Shown here piece after piece: positions 47,549 through 55,847 of a stretch of 64,000 nucleotides of DNA. Within the stretch, counting starts at the first letter, position 1; each line of letters opens with the position of its first letter. Made by a program: the position numbers and the translations under genes. Source of the stretch: Cyanobacteria bacterium auto_48_18 (lineage in GTDB: Bacteria > Cyanobacteriota > Vampirovibrionia > Obscuribacterales > Obscuribacteraceae); contig JAVHQC010000013.1 of the NCBI GenBank assembly GCA_036170915.1, positions 1 through 64,000 of the forward strand, written 5' to 3'. The notes beneath the pieces are model-generated. The model searched no databases, was not told the DNA's origin, and worked only from the letters and a program-made list of their open reading frames with translations.

Positions 47549-47588
47549 AATCGCAGAGAAATTTGGGCAAAATTTCTCTGCGATTTGG
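47549..47588. repeat. Dispersed palindromic (REP-like) element, copy 2; probable bidirectional terminator
   Basis: AATCGCAGAGAAATTT-GGGCA-AAATTTCTCTGCGATT, a perfect 16-bp stem between convergent genes. Confidence 0.8.
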
Positions 47589-47631
47589 ACTTTGAAATTC
47601 TGCACTAACCCACAAGCAAGCTGCACTCGAT

Positions 47632-49698
47632 TCAGTAGTCTTTATCGTTAATGGTAATGATTGTTCTGGGCATTGCTTTTTGCAATTTGGCTATCTGCTC
47701 TGGTGTGAAATTATCAACAGGAATAACCAGTCGCTTCATATTCTTGAAGCGCGGAAACACGCTCAACACTTTTGCGTTCAAGCCCCGCACTTCTTTAAGA
47801 ATCAGCTTTTCTAAATCGAGTTTAGTCAGCTCAACGATGTCTTGGTTCGACATTTTGTTATCCCGCAGGTTGAGCTGCTTCAGATGCGTTATTCTCGCCA
47901 CCTGCCTGTAGTCATCTGTAGTTGGGTCGCAGCAGGCCATACTAAGATGCCGAATATTCTGACTTTTTTCCAGTGCTTTTAAGACAGGCGAAATGTTTTC
48001 CATGTGCTCAATTTCTAGATATGCAAGTCTACTCATGAGCTTGCTTGCAGCCAGGCCTTTTGCAGTAACATTGGTCTTGCTGACAGTCAGCCTTGCCAGA
48101 GATGGCATTTTCTCCAGCCAGTTTAAGTCGCTGTCAGTGATGTCAGCGTAATGCAGATCTAAGACCTGAAGGCCGGTTAGTCTTGAAAGATTTTGCACCA
48201 TGCTTTCTCGATTTTCGCTGACGTGATTGAGGCCGAGCCCTTGCAATTCATTGGCACCAAAAAATTGCAACAGGTCATAGTAGGCCTTGGTTACGGGGCT
48301 GGCGTCTAGTCGCAGCCTTGCTTTAAGTGGTACCTTAACTACGCCTTGTGCTTTTACGTACTTTGCGCTTCTGCGGTCTCCAAGGCTGTAGATAATTTTT
48401 CCTAGAGCAAAATCGCTAGGAAATTCAAAGCGTCTGTATTCTTCACCGTTCACTTTGTATATGGTGCTATACATTTTTTTGTTTTTGGCTAAGAACTCTT
48501 CAGCTTTATCTGCTTCAGGCAGTCGAACCTCCTGGTCGTATGCGTCGCCCTTTTTATCTACTTTTACAGCAGCTGCATCCAAATCACTTTTGTCGTGGAG
48601 AAGAAGCACGCCTTCGTCATAAAGCGTTTTGAGTTTGAAATCTTTTTCAGCGTGGTTTCTTTGCTGGTCCCAATACCAGTATGTTCCCGCTAGAGTTAGC
48701 AAAACCAGCACTGTGAGTGGAATGTATATAAATAACTGTCTTTTGTTGTCACCAAATGTGGTATCAACGCCTTCCTCTACTAGTGCTTGAGGTGCTCGAG
48801 CTGCGTTAGCTTCTCTGGTCAGTCGCTTGCCTTGCGCCAATGTTTTTAGCTCTTCGGCAACATCATAAAATGATAGATATCGTTGTTCTGGATCTTTGCT
48901 CAAAAGCCGCTGCACAATGAGTTCTAGATCGGGCGGAATGGCAATGTCTGGAGCCATGTCTTTTAGCGCAGGAGGTGGCGCCGATTGATGCAGCGCCACC
49001 GTTTCTATGGCGCTTTTACCCAGCAGGGGAGGCCGGCCTGTAAGTACTTGAAACATTGTCACGCCGACAGAATACATGTCTGTGCGGTAGTCAACCTTTT
49101 GACCATGCGCCTGTTCCGGACTCATATATAGCGGGCTGCCAAACACTTCACCAGGTCGGGTTAAGGCTTGACCAACGTTTGTGTCGTACGACAATAATTT
49201 GGCAATGCCAAAGTCGACGATTTTAACCTGCGGCCGTTTGGCGTCGCCCTCGTGCAAAATCATAATGTTGCCAGGCTTGATATCGCGGTGAATAATTCCA
49301 CGATCGTGAGCGTAACCAAGGCCGTTGCAGACCTGTTCGAAAATTAGTAAAGCTTCTTGTACCGGAACTCGACGAACGTCACTAAGGTGATCAGCCAGCG
49401 ACTGACCAGCCAAATATTCCATGGTGTAAAAAGGCAATCCGCTCGCAGTTTGGCTCATGTCAAAAATTTTGATAATGTTCGGATGATCGACTCTGGCAAT
49501 AGCTTGCGCTTCAGTGCGAAATCTTTGCCATACTTCGGTCGAAACTTGCTCCTGGCGCAAAATTTTCATAGCCTGGATTTTTGCCAGCACCAGGTGCTCA
49601 ACTTTGAACACCTGCCCCATTCCGCCCTGACCAATGAACTCTAGAATCTTGTAGGTTCCGGCAATTACCGAGCCAATTTCAAACGATTCTGCCTTCAT
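47632..49698 (-). CDS. Ser/Thr kinase - TM - leucine-rich repeat protein (close paralog of 42367-44436)
   Basis: Kinase motifs; TM LFIYIPLTVLVLLTLAGTYWYW; LRRs. Confidence 0.93.
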   Translation of the reverse strand: MKAESFEIGSVIAGTYKILEFIGQGGMGQVFKVEHLVLAKIQAMKILRQEQVSTEVWQRFRTEAQAIARVDHPNIIKIFDMSQTASGLPFYTMEYLAGQSLADHLSDVRRVPVQEALLIFEQVCNGLGYAHDRGIIHRDIKPGNIMILHEGDAKRPQVKIVDFGIAKLLSYDTNVGQALTRPGEVFGSPLYMSPEQAHGQKVDYRTDMYSVGVTMFQVLTGRPPLLGKSAIETVALHQSAPPPALKDMAPDIAIPPDLELIVQRLLSKDPEQRYLSFYDVAEELKTLAQGKRLTREANAARAPQALVEEGVDTTFGDNKRQLFIYIPLTVLVLLTLAGTYWYWDQQRNHAEKDFKLKTLYDEGVLLLHDKSDLDAAAVKVDKKGDAYDQEVRLPEADKAEEFLAKNKKMYSTIYKVNGEEYRRFEFPSDFALGKIIYSLGDRRSAKYVKAQGVVKVPLKARLRLDASPVTKAYYDLLQFFGANELQGLGLNHVSENRESMVQNLSRLTGLQVLDLHYADITDSDLNWLEKMPSLARLTVSKTNVTAKGLAASKLMSRLAYLEIEHMENISPVLKALEKSQNIRHLSMACCDPTTDDYRQVARITHLKQLNLRDNKMSNQDIVELTKLDLEKLILKEVRGLNAKVLSVFPRFKNMKRLVIPVDNFTPEQIAKLQKAMPRTIITINDKDY

Positions 49699-49718
49699 TC
49701 AGTTGCACCGGTTGCAGC

Positions 49719-50192
49719 TCAGGAAAATTCGCCGGGATGAATTTGTGACTCTATTTGTTTATTTAAGAAAGTAGGAAACCGATAATAGAGCTCGCCGTGG
49801 TCATTGACGTCAATTTGACAAATACCGCTCTGCGCAAGGCGCTCAAAAGCACTTTTGGTGTCGGCAATGCCGATGCCACATTCAAGAGCCGCAACAGAAA
49901 TGGTTAGTGTGCCACCATCGATTTTTGCCCGACTGAGAATCAACTGTTCTTGCTTTATTTGACGCATGGCGCGCTGTTCTTTTAGCTTTACTTGCACTAG
50001 TTTGACACCGACGAAAACCAAGCCGGCGAGAAAGGTAATCAGACCGACGTGGTGCGCAACTCCATACTTTGGATTGCCCGCGATGATTTCACCAGTGTAT
50101 GTGACAATCAAACCGCCGCAAACTAGAATGAGAAAAATTCCCAGGCACCAGAGAGTTGATTGAAAAAATTGTGAGACGCCAGATTTATTCAA
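49719..50192 (-). CDS. Two-TM membrane protein with a C-terminal winged-helix-like domain
   Basis: Two hydrophobic helices, then GGTLTISVAALECGIGIADTKSAFERL...G....YRFP. TTG start tentative. Confidence 0.6.
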   Translation of the reverse strand: MNKSGVSQFFQSTLWCLGIFLILVCGGLIVTYTGEIIAGNPKYGVAHHVGLITFLAGLVFVGVKLVQVKLKEQRAMRQIKQEQLILSRAKIDGGTLTISVAALECGIGIADTKSAFERLAQSGICQIDVNDHGELYYRFPTFLNKQIESQIHPGEFS

Positions 50193-50366
50193 ATGCTCGG
50201 CCTCGTGGTAACTGCGTATCTGCTTTAAAGGAATTATACGTGAATTTAGACGTCTACAACAGCTTGGCTTGCCTTTTTTAGGCACCCGTCGGCAATACGG
50301 CGTGTCACGCTCATGTCATTTTCAGGAAATACACTAGTGGCGCGTTCCATTGAGAATGAGGATTGT

Positions 50367-50582
50367 ATGGCTGAAAACAATTGTATTCCGGTTCCACCTC
50401 GCATATTTCAAAGTCCAACAGAGCTATCTCACTGCAGTGCTTTGTCTAAAGATGACGATAAGTTTTGGATTCCCGCTAAGTTGCGCGCCCTGACTAATGC
50501 GCGTGATCGGGCGTCGAAATTGGCCGCGGTATTCAGCCCCGATTTAGAAAGCGGAGATAGCGTATTGATCAATAATCAATAA
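50367..50582 (+). CDS. Small hypothetical protein
   Basis: ATG after GAGGA; no recognisable motif. Confidence 0.35.
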   Translation: MAENNCIPVPPRIFQSPTELSHCSALSKDDDKFWIPAKLRALTNARDRASKLAAVFSPDLESGDSVLINNQ

Positions 50583-50587
50583 ACAAA

Positions 50588-51829
50588 TCAGTCAGCTGGG
50601 GGCGGATCAACAATTGCGCCAAGGAATAAAATCGCATTTGTTTTGTCGTCGCGGATAGCAACAACAAAAGGACGATCGCAAACCATCTCGAATGGTGGCT
50701 CAGGTTCGGCCGGCGCGCTGGTGGTGCTCATTTCTACGGCAGTCGCTGCGGCAGCCTCTGTGCCTTTTTCGTTGACTTCCAGATATGTTTTATGCAAAAC
50801 GCGCGAAATTATCGACGGCTCTTTGGTCATGTTTTTGAAGTCAGCGCAGGAGTCTTCGAAGGCGCAGGGCATGCCTGCTTCTTTAAGCACTTGACTTAAC
50901 TCGGTTTTGTATTCAACTTTAAATCGCGGTAGACCAAGATGTCCTTCTTTTTTGCCAAACTGCTCGCTCCACTGTTTCAGGTTTTCTTCAGTAAAGCTGC
51001 CTACCAACGCTTTGATGTCTGATTTCTGATCAGGCAGGAAGACGCACATCTGCAGGCGTTTATCTTTATAAGGCAACATAACCGCCTGGAAATTCTTATC
51101 CTTAAAATAATGCATTTTGTCAGTACGATTCATCATTTGAATTTGTTTTTTAGCGCCACCTGCGACGGTAAACTCGGCAGCTTGTGTTTGATCTTTGACA
51201 AATTCATCGAGCCACATGCCCTTAAAATACACTGCGTTGACCAAGTATAAAATGGCTGCTGGTGGCACTTGATCGATAATTGTAGGAATTTTTCCTTTAG
51301 TATTATCTTTGACCCAATTATTGATTTTATCGAGGGTGGTGGCATCAGCAAAATCAAGAGTTTCAAGTTTGGCACCAAAATATTTCTGGTTGGTGTCCAT
51401 AAACGACTTTTCAAATGCAAAGTCTTTATTGGCAAATAGGGCATTGGCCACAGTCAGCTCGCTCACCGGATTAACGTGCATCAAGCTTTTATAGAGGCTT
51501 GCATTTTGCTCGTTGACTGCATCGTCAGTCATGCCGCTGTAACCTAAAACTTCTTGCATTTGTGTTTTGGTTTTACCCACAGCGCCGTTGTAGACCATAG
51601 AGAGCGCAGTACTTACGCTGTATGGAGAAATGACCACATTTTTTTCAGGGGCTGCGGCGGCAAGTTTAAAGAAGTTAGAGGCAAATTTTTCAGACACTTT
51701 CATATTCGTTGTATCAGCTTCATTGCGTGATTCGTTTATCTGTGTTTGCCCTGGCGAAGCGCAGGCCACGAGACAAATAGATACCAGTGAAAGGGCCGCG
51801 GTGGTGCAGGCATACAAGAATGGACGCAC
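50588..51829 (-). CDS. Serpin family protease inhibitor, lipoprotein
   Basis: NVVISPYS, INNWV...T.GKI, NAVYFKG.W, EKGTEAAAAT hinge, DRPF...ILFLG; lipobox LVAC. Confidence 0.96.
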   Translation of the reverse strand: MRPFLYACTTAALSLVSICLVACASPGQTQINESRNEADTTNMKVSEKFASNFFKLAAAAPEKNVVISPYSVSTALSMVYNGAVGKTKTQMQEVLGYSGMTDDAVNEQNASLYKSLMHVNPVSELTVANALFANKDFAFEKSFMDTNQKYFGAKLETLDFADATTLDKINNWVKDNTKGKIPTIIDQVPPAAILYLVNAVYFKGMWLDEFVKDQTQAAEFTVAGGAKKQIQMMNRTDKMHYFKDKNFQAVMLPYKDKRLQMCVFLPDQKSDIKALVGSFTEENLKQWSEQFGKKEGHLGLPRFKVEYKTELSQVLKEAGMPCAFEDSCADFKNMTKEPSIISRVLHKTYLEVNEKGTEAAAATAVEMSTTSAPAEPEPPFEMVCDRPFVVAIRDDKTNAILFLGAIVDPPPAD

Positions 51830-51911
51830 TGGGTATCCTCTTTAAAAGTGAAACCGGATAAGCATATCAAGGATGTTATTATTGCGCAAACCTGCTCATT
51901 AGAGATTGGCT

Positions 51912-52682
51912 ATGGTCAAATGCAAGAGAAAAATTTGCTTTGCTCTCAGCGCTGTGCTGATGCCGTTGCTTGCAAACATTTTGATTGTTGAATGTGCGCA
52001 GGCAAAATCTAAGCAATCTTCTATTGAGTCATTGATGAGACAGGCTGAGGCTTTCAGTGAGCATGACGAAGCAGAAAATGCGCTAGATCTTTACGCCAAA
52101 GTTTTAGCTCTCGATCCTAATTACTCGCGCGCTTATTATTTACGCGCATTGTTACTCTGGTCTAGAGGCAGGCTGGACGCGGCCGTTCGTGATCTGGAAA
52201 AGTGTATGAAGCTCGAACCCAGCGAGCAACCGGCAAGATTTTTGACCATGATTTATCTAGAGCAGAAAAAGTATAAAGAGGGCCTGGCGGCTGCCACCAA
52301 TTTGATCAAAATCAAAGACGGTGACCGCAATCATGCATTGTTAGTTGAAATGCTTATTGGCTTGAAGCGCTATCAAGAGGCAATTGCTGAGAGCACCATC
52401 TGCATCAAGCGTAACAAAAAGCCCGATGCCTTACTGCGCGCACGTAGTATCTGTTATTTTGAAACCAAACAGTACGATAAAGCGCTTGCTGACTGTAATA
52501 CGCTAATAAGTCTTAAGCCAAATTTGATGAAAAGCTATGAGCTGAGAGCGAAAATATATCAAGCCAAAGGTTTGAAAGAATTAGCCGCTAAAGATTTGAA
52601 GCATAAAACCAATGAGGGTGATGAGGTCTACGATATCGCACCTTTTCGTGGACGTGAGCGTCATCTTAATGGCAGTAATTAG
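51912..52682 (+). CDS. Secreted TPR protein
   Basis: Signal peptide ending AQA; ALDPNYSRAYYLRA-type TPRs. Confidence 0.85.
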   Translation: MVKCKRKICFALSAVLMPLLANILIVECAQAKSKQSSIESLMRQAEAFSEHDEAENALDLYAKVLALDPNYSRAYYLRALLLWSRGRLDAAVRDLEKCMKLEPSEQPARFLTMIYLEQKKYKEGLAAATNLIKIKDGDRNHALLVEMLIGLKRYQEAIAESTICIKRNKKPDALLRARSICYFETKQYDKALADCNTLISLKPNLMKSYELRAKIYQAKGLKELAAKDLKHKTNEGDEVYDIAPFRGRERHLNGSN

Positions 52683-52703
52683 TTAACTATGGGAGAGCAA
52701 AAA

Positions 52704-53774
52704 TCAAACGCGCATGCGTTCTTTTTCTTTTGCTTCCTGGTGAGCAATGGCGTTGTGTTTCTCTCTGGCAATCATAGCCAGGAAAGTATGTCTGAATCTG
52801 TAAATCAGAGCGATGGCAACAATGATTCCAACAATGACAGCGCAGATAGAGCCTAGTGTCACCACCACCACTGCCACCAGCAGTTTATTTAGAACAGTAA
52901 GTTCGTCGCGCACTGCACCGAGCGGCTGTGAAACAGCATTCATCGGCACATGCAGCGATTTAATTTCGGCACTGAGCTCGTCGAGCTGGTCGTGCATTTG
53001 CACTACTTTGTGCTCTACAGTGGTCATTTTTGCAGTAACACTGGCAACTGAATTTTCTACGCCCGAAAGGGGTTTAGCCACAGCCATCATCGGAGCCTTT
53101 AGCTCATCTAGTGGTTTACGCAGTTCCTGCATTTGCATGGTTACTGAGCGTACGTCATCGCGAATGCCGGAGACCTTTTGCAGGTCTACACGTATTTTTG
53201 ATATTTCTTTCAGTTGAGTGTGAACGCCCAGTACTGCCGGCGAAATTTCACTGACTTTGTTCAAATCGGTAGAAAGCGTGTTCAAATTGTTATTGAGACC
53301 GCTAAGCACGCCAGACATATTGGCGATGCTGCTTTCAACGCCTTGCATGCGCTTTTCCATGCTGGCAAATGCCGGTTGAAGGTTATTCATTGGCTTTTGC
53401 AGAGATACTATCTGGGTTTGCAGGTCAGAAGCTTCTTTCCTCAGCTTCCAAATCGGGCGAGTAATTCTTTTAATGGGATGAAAACCAGTAAGGGGTTTAT
53501 CCCAATCTTTCATTCTCTTAGCCAGGTCAGCCGCCGCCTTTGCTTCTTTCTTTGTGGCAGTCACGGACCCTTGAATCGGCTTAGTTGTCCCGTCAGCGGC
53601 CGGTATCGCAGCATTTGACTGTACCTCTGCCGTTGAACCAACTGCACTAGCTTGAGCCGCGGGAGCAATAGTGGGCGATGTGGTACTGGCTGGTTCGGGA
53701 GTTTGAGCCTGTGCGGCGGCCACTGCAAGAACTAGTGTAAGGCTGAGAACACTGACTTTTCTGGCAAAGAACAT
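52704..53774 (-). CDS. Secreted coiled-coil protein with C-terminal TM anchor
   Basis: Signal peptide, about 200 aa of heptad repeats with periodic Pro, long hydrophobic C-terminal helix. Confidence 0.75.
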   Translation of the reverse strand: MFFARKVSVLSLTLVLAVAAAQAQTPEPASTTSPTIAPAAQASAVGSTAEVQSNAAIPAADGTTKPIQGSVTATKKEAKAAADLAKRMKDWDKPLTGFHPIKRITRPIWKLRKEASDLQTQIVSLQKPMNNLQPAFASMEKRMQGVESSIANMSGVLSGLNNNLNTLSTDLNKVSEISPAVLGVHTQLKEISKIRVDLQKVSGIRDDVRSVTMQMQELRKPLDELKAPMMAVAKPLSGVENSVASVTAKMTTVEHKVVQMHDQLDELSAEIKSLHVPMNAVSQPLGAVRDELTVLNKLLVAVVVVTLGSICAVIVGIIVAIALIYRFRHTFLAMIAREKHNAIAHQEAKEKERMRV

Positions 53775-54013
53775 GACCACCTCGAACCCCTACCGTTTAA
53801 TCTTATCCTGATTAGACACCAGCTAGCTAGAATTTAGGACTATTAATGGCAGATGACAAGCCTTTTTTAACCTCGCCGGTGCTAATTACTGCGTCAGGTC
53901 CCAGTGCTGCCAACATACAGCCTGCGAACTTTTTTAAATGATAGACGTCTCTAAATCTTACAATTGCTGACCAGTAAGGATCTGCCCATGTTTTTAGCAT
54001 TAGTAATCAATCG

Positions 54014-54298
54014 GTGAACCGTTTGGCTTCTGGCACCTTCCGCTCATTTAGTAATTTCAACTATCGCTTATGGGCTGCCGGAGCGATGGTGTCAAATGTT
54101 GGCACATGGATGCAGCGCATCGCGCAGAGCTGAATTGTACTAACTCAATTGACAGATAATAGCGCCACCGCCTTTGGTGCACTGATGTCCTTGCAGTTTG
54201 GCCCTCATATTCTTCTCCTGCCAATCACAGGCTTTGCAGCGGCGCTGGTTGGTATTTATTACCTGGTTAAGTATCGTAAGACTCTGGTACAGGCATAA
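54014..54298 (+). pseudogene. MFS transporter (MFS_3/H+ antiporter-like) remnant with an in-frame stop and a large internal deletion
   Basis: TFRSFSNFNYRLWAAGAMVSNVGTWMQRIAQS*IVLTQLT...LQFGP.ILLLP.TGFAA followed directly by ALVGIYYLVKYR; TGA at 54131 where Trp is expected. Confidence 0.8.
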
Positions 54299-54339
54299 TG
54301 TTATCCTTTTAGAGCGGCGGCCTTGCAAGGAGATACTAG

Positions 54340-54576
54340 ATGAATGAACCGATGATCGCGGGAATTTTCCTGGGCGTAATGGGCTGCTTTTCTATTGCCG
54401 GCGCAGTCTTCAACTGGAACTGGTTCATGAACAGCCGGCGAGCGGCGTTCCTGGTCAAGATTATGGGCCGCAATGGCGCCCGGGTTTTTTATATTCTACT
54501 GGGCACGGCAATTTTAGGTTTTGCTATCTACGGTCAATTCCATCCTGAAATTATGCATCACCGGCGGGGCCTGTAG
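54340..54576 (+). CDS. Imm17-family (immunity protein 17-like) small membrane protein
   Basis: G.FSIAGAVFNWNWFM......FLVKIMGRNGARVFYILLG; RBS AGGAG. Confidence 0.8.
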   Translation: MNEPMIAGIFLGVMGCFSIAGAVFNWNWFMNSRRAAFLVKIMGRNGARVFYILLGTAILGFAIYGQFHPEIMHHRRGL

Positions 54577-54603
54577 CGTGCGAGCATTCTGTCGCTGCGC
54601 ATC

Positions 54604-55815
54604 ATGCAGGAAGCACTGATGGCCGCCACCGAGCAATTAGAAAGTTTGATCAAATCGTCGCATGAGCTTGCTGTTTATGAGCGCTTTTGCAATATGGCCC
54701 CTCTTCCAGCCAGCCTGCCGTTAAGCGCGGCGCGGGCAAGCATGATTACTGCTGAAGCTAAAGCACCCTGCCTTGATACTCTACAAGTCAGTCTCTGGTG
54801 TCAAGTTTGCTCCACTGATAATTCCACCGCCGATATTCTTGCCATTCAAAATTTAACTTACAACACGGTGAGCCAGATGTGTTTAGACGCATTGAAAATG
54901 GCTCATACGTGGATATCTCGCGATATTCCCTGCGGTCAATGTAAGACCCCACTAACTGCACTGGTTGATTTTCATCACCTCGACAAGACTTCTAAAAGTG
55001 ACATCGTTGTGCGATGGTTTCGCTCACCTGTAAACGGTAATCCGGCCTACCAAATACTCACCATGGATGGTGCCGGCGAATACACTGAAGCTAATCCGAT
55101 GATTGTATTGGCTGGTGTTGAGGCGATTGACCGAGCGATCGAAATTGCGCTGGCCGAAAGTTTGCGCGCTCATGACCTTGACCAAACCGCTAAAATTTTG
55201 AAAATAGCTTTAAGAGAAGCACCCCAACTTCTCTGCCTTGTTTCAGTGGCAGCTTTGTTTATCGATAGGCCGGATCTGCGCGGTGTGGTCGAGGCGGCTG
55301 CAGAAGCGCATATAAATGCGTATCCTAATGACTTTCGCGGTTATAGCCTGATGGCACGTGTCTTGATGCATGCCTTTGTTGATACTAACGGCAGCGAAAA
55401 AGCGTTGCTTGATGAGTCATATTCTTATGCCACCAAAGCTTTGAATCTGAACGCAAATGATTTCAATGCCGAGGCAATCTTGTTTAATTGCATGCGGTTC
55501 TCAGGTGCGGACGCCGATGAAATTGCTCAGGCCTTCAATTGTCTGGTGGCAAATCATCCTAAGCGAGCAGAGCCCTATTGTGACTATGCTCTTTATTTGC
55601 TTGCCACTGACGCGGCAGAAGCAGAGGCTCTGTTTGAGCGTGGTGCCAAACTTGAAGCAGCTGATCCCGATTACTTAGTGGGGCAGGCTCGCGCTCTGGC
55701 TTCGCTTAATCGCGAAGCCGAAGCGCAAACCCTACTCGCGCAGGCAGAAAAAATTTATTCTACCCATCCGCTAATCGCCCAACTGTTAGCGAAAAACGGA
55801 CCACTAGGTTCTTAG
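54604..55815 (+). CDS. TPR protein with N-terminal CxxC pairs
   Basis: CQVC and CGQC, then TPR-like helices. Confidence 0.7.
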   Translation: MQEALMAATEQLESLIKSSHELAVYERFCNMAPLPASLPLSAARASMITAEAKAPCLDTLQVSLWCQVCSTDNSTADILAIQNLTYNTVSQMCLDALKMAHTWISRDIPCGQCKTPLTALVDFHHLDKTSKSDIVVRWFRSPVNGNPAYQILTMDGAGEYTEANPMIVLAGVEAIDRAIEIALAESLRAHDLDQTAKILKIALREAPQLLCLVSVAALFIDRPDLRGVVEAAAEAHINAYPNDFRGYSLMARVLMHAFVDTNGSEKALLDESYSYATKALNLNANDFNAEAILFNCMRFSGADADEIAQAFNCLVANHPKRAEPYCDYALYLLATDAAEAEALFERGAKLEAADPDYLVGQARALASLNREAEAQTLLAQAEKIYSTHPLIAQLLAKNGPLGS

Positions 55816-55842
55816 ACCAGATTCTTAGACTAGGTTCCTAGA
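55804..55842. repeat. 13-bp tandem repeat x3 overlapping a stop codon
   Basis: CTAGGTTCTTAGA / CCAGATTCTTAGA / CTAGGTTCCTAGA. Confidence 0.75.
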
Positions 55843-55847
55843 TTAAG

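Noticed and set aside
54131..54133. TGA read as Trp or Sec (alternative genetic code)
   Set aside because: TGA terminates intact genes in this window (e.g. the response regulator and higA), TGG is used for Trp, and the MFS frame is also internally deleted.
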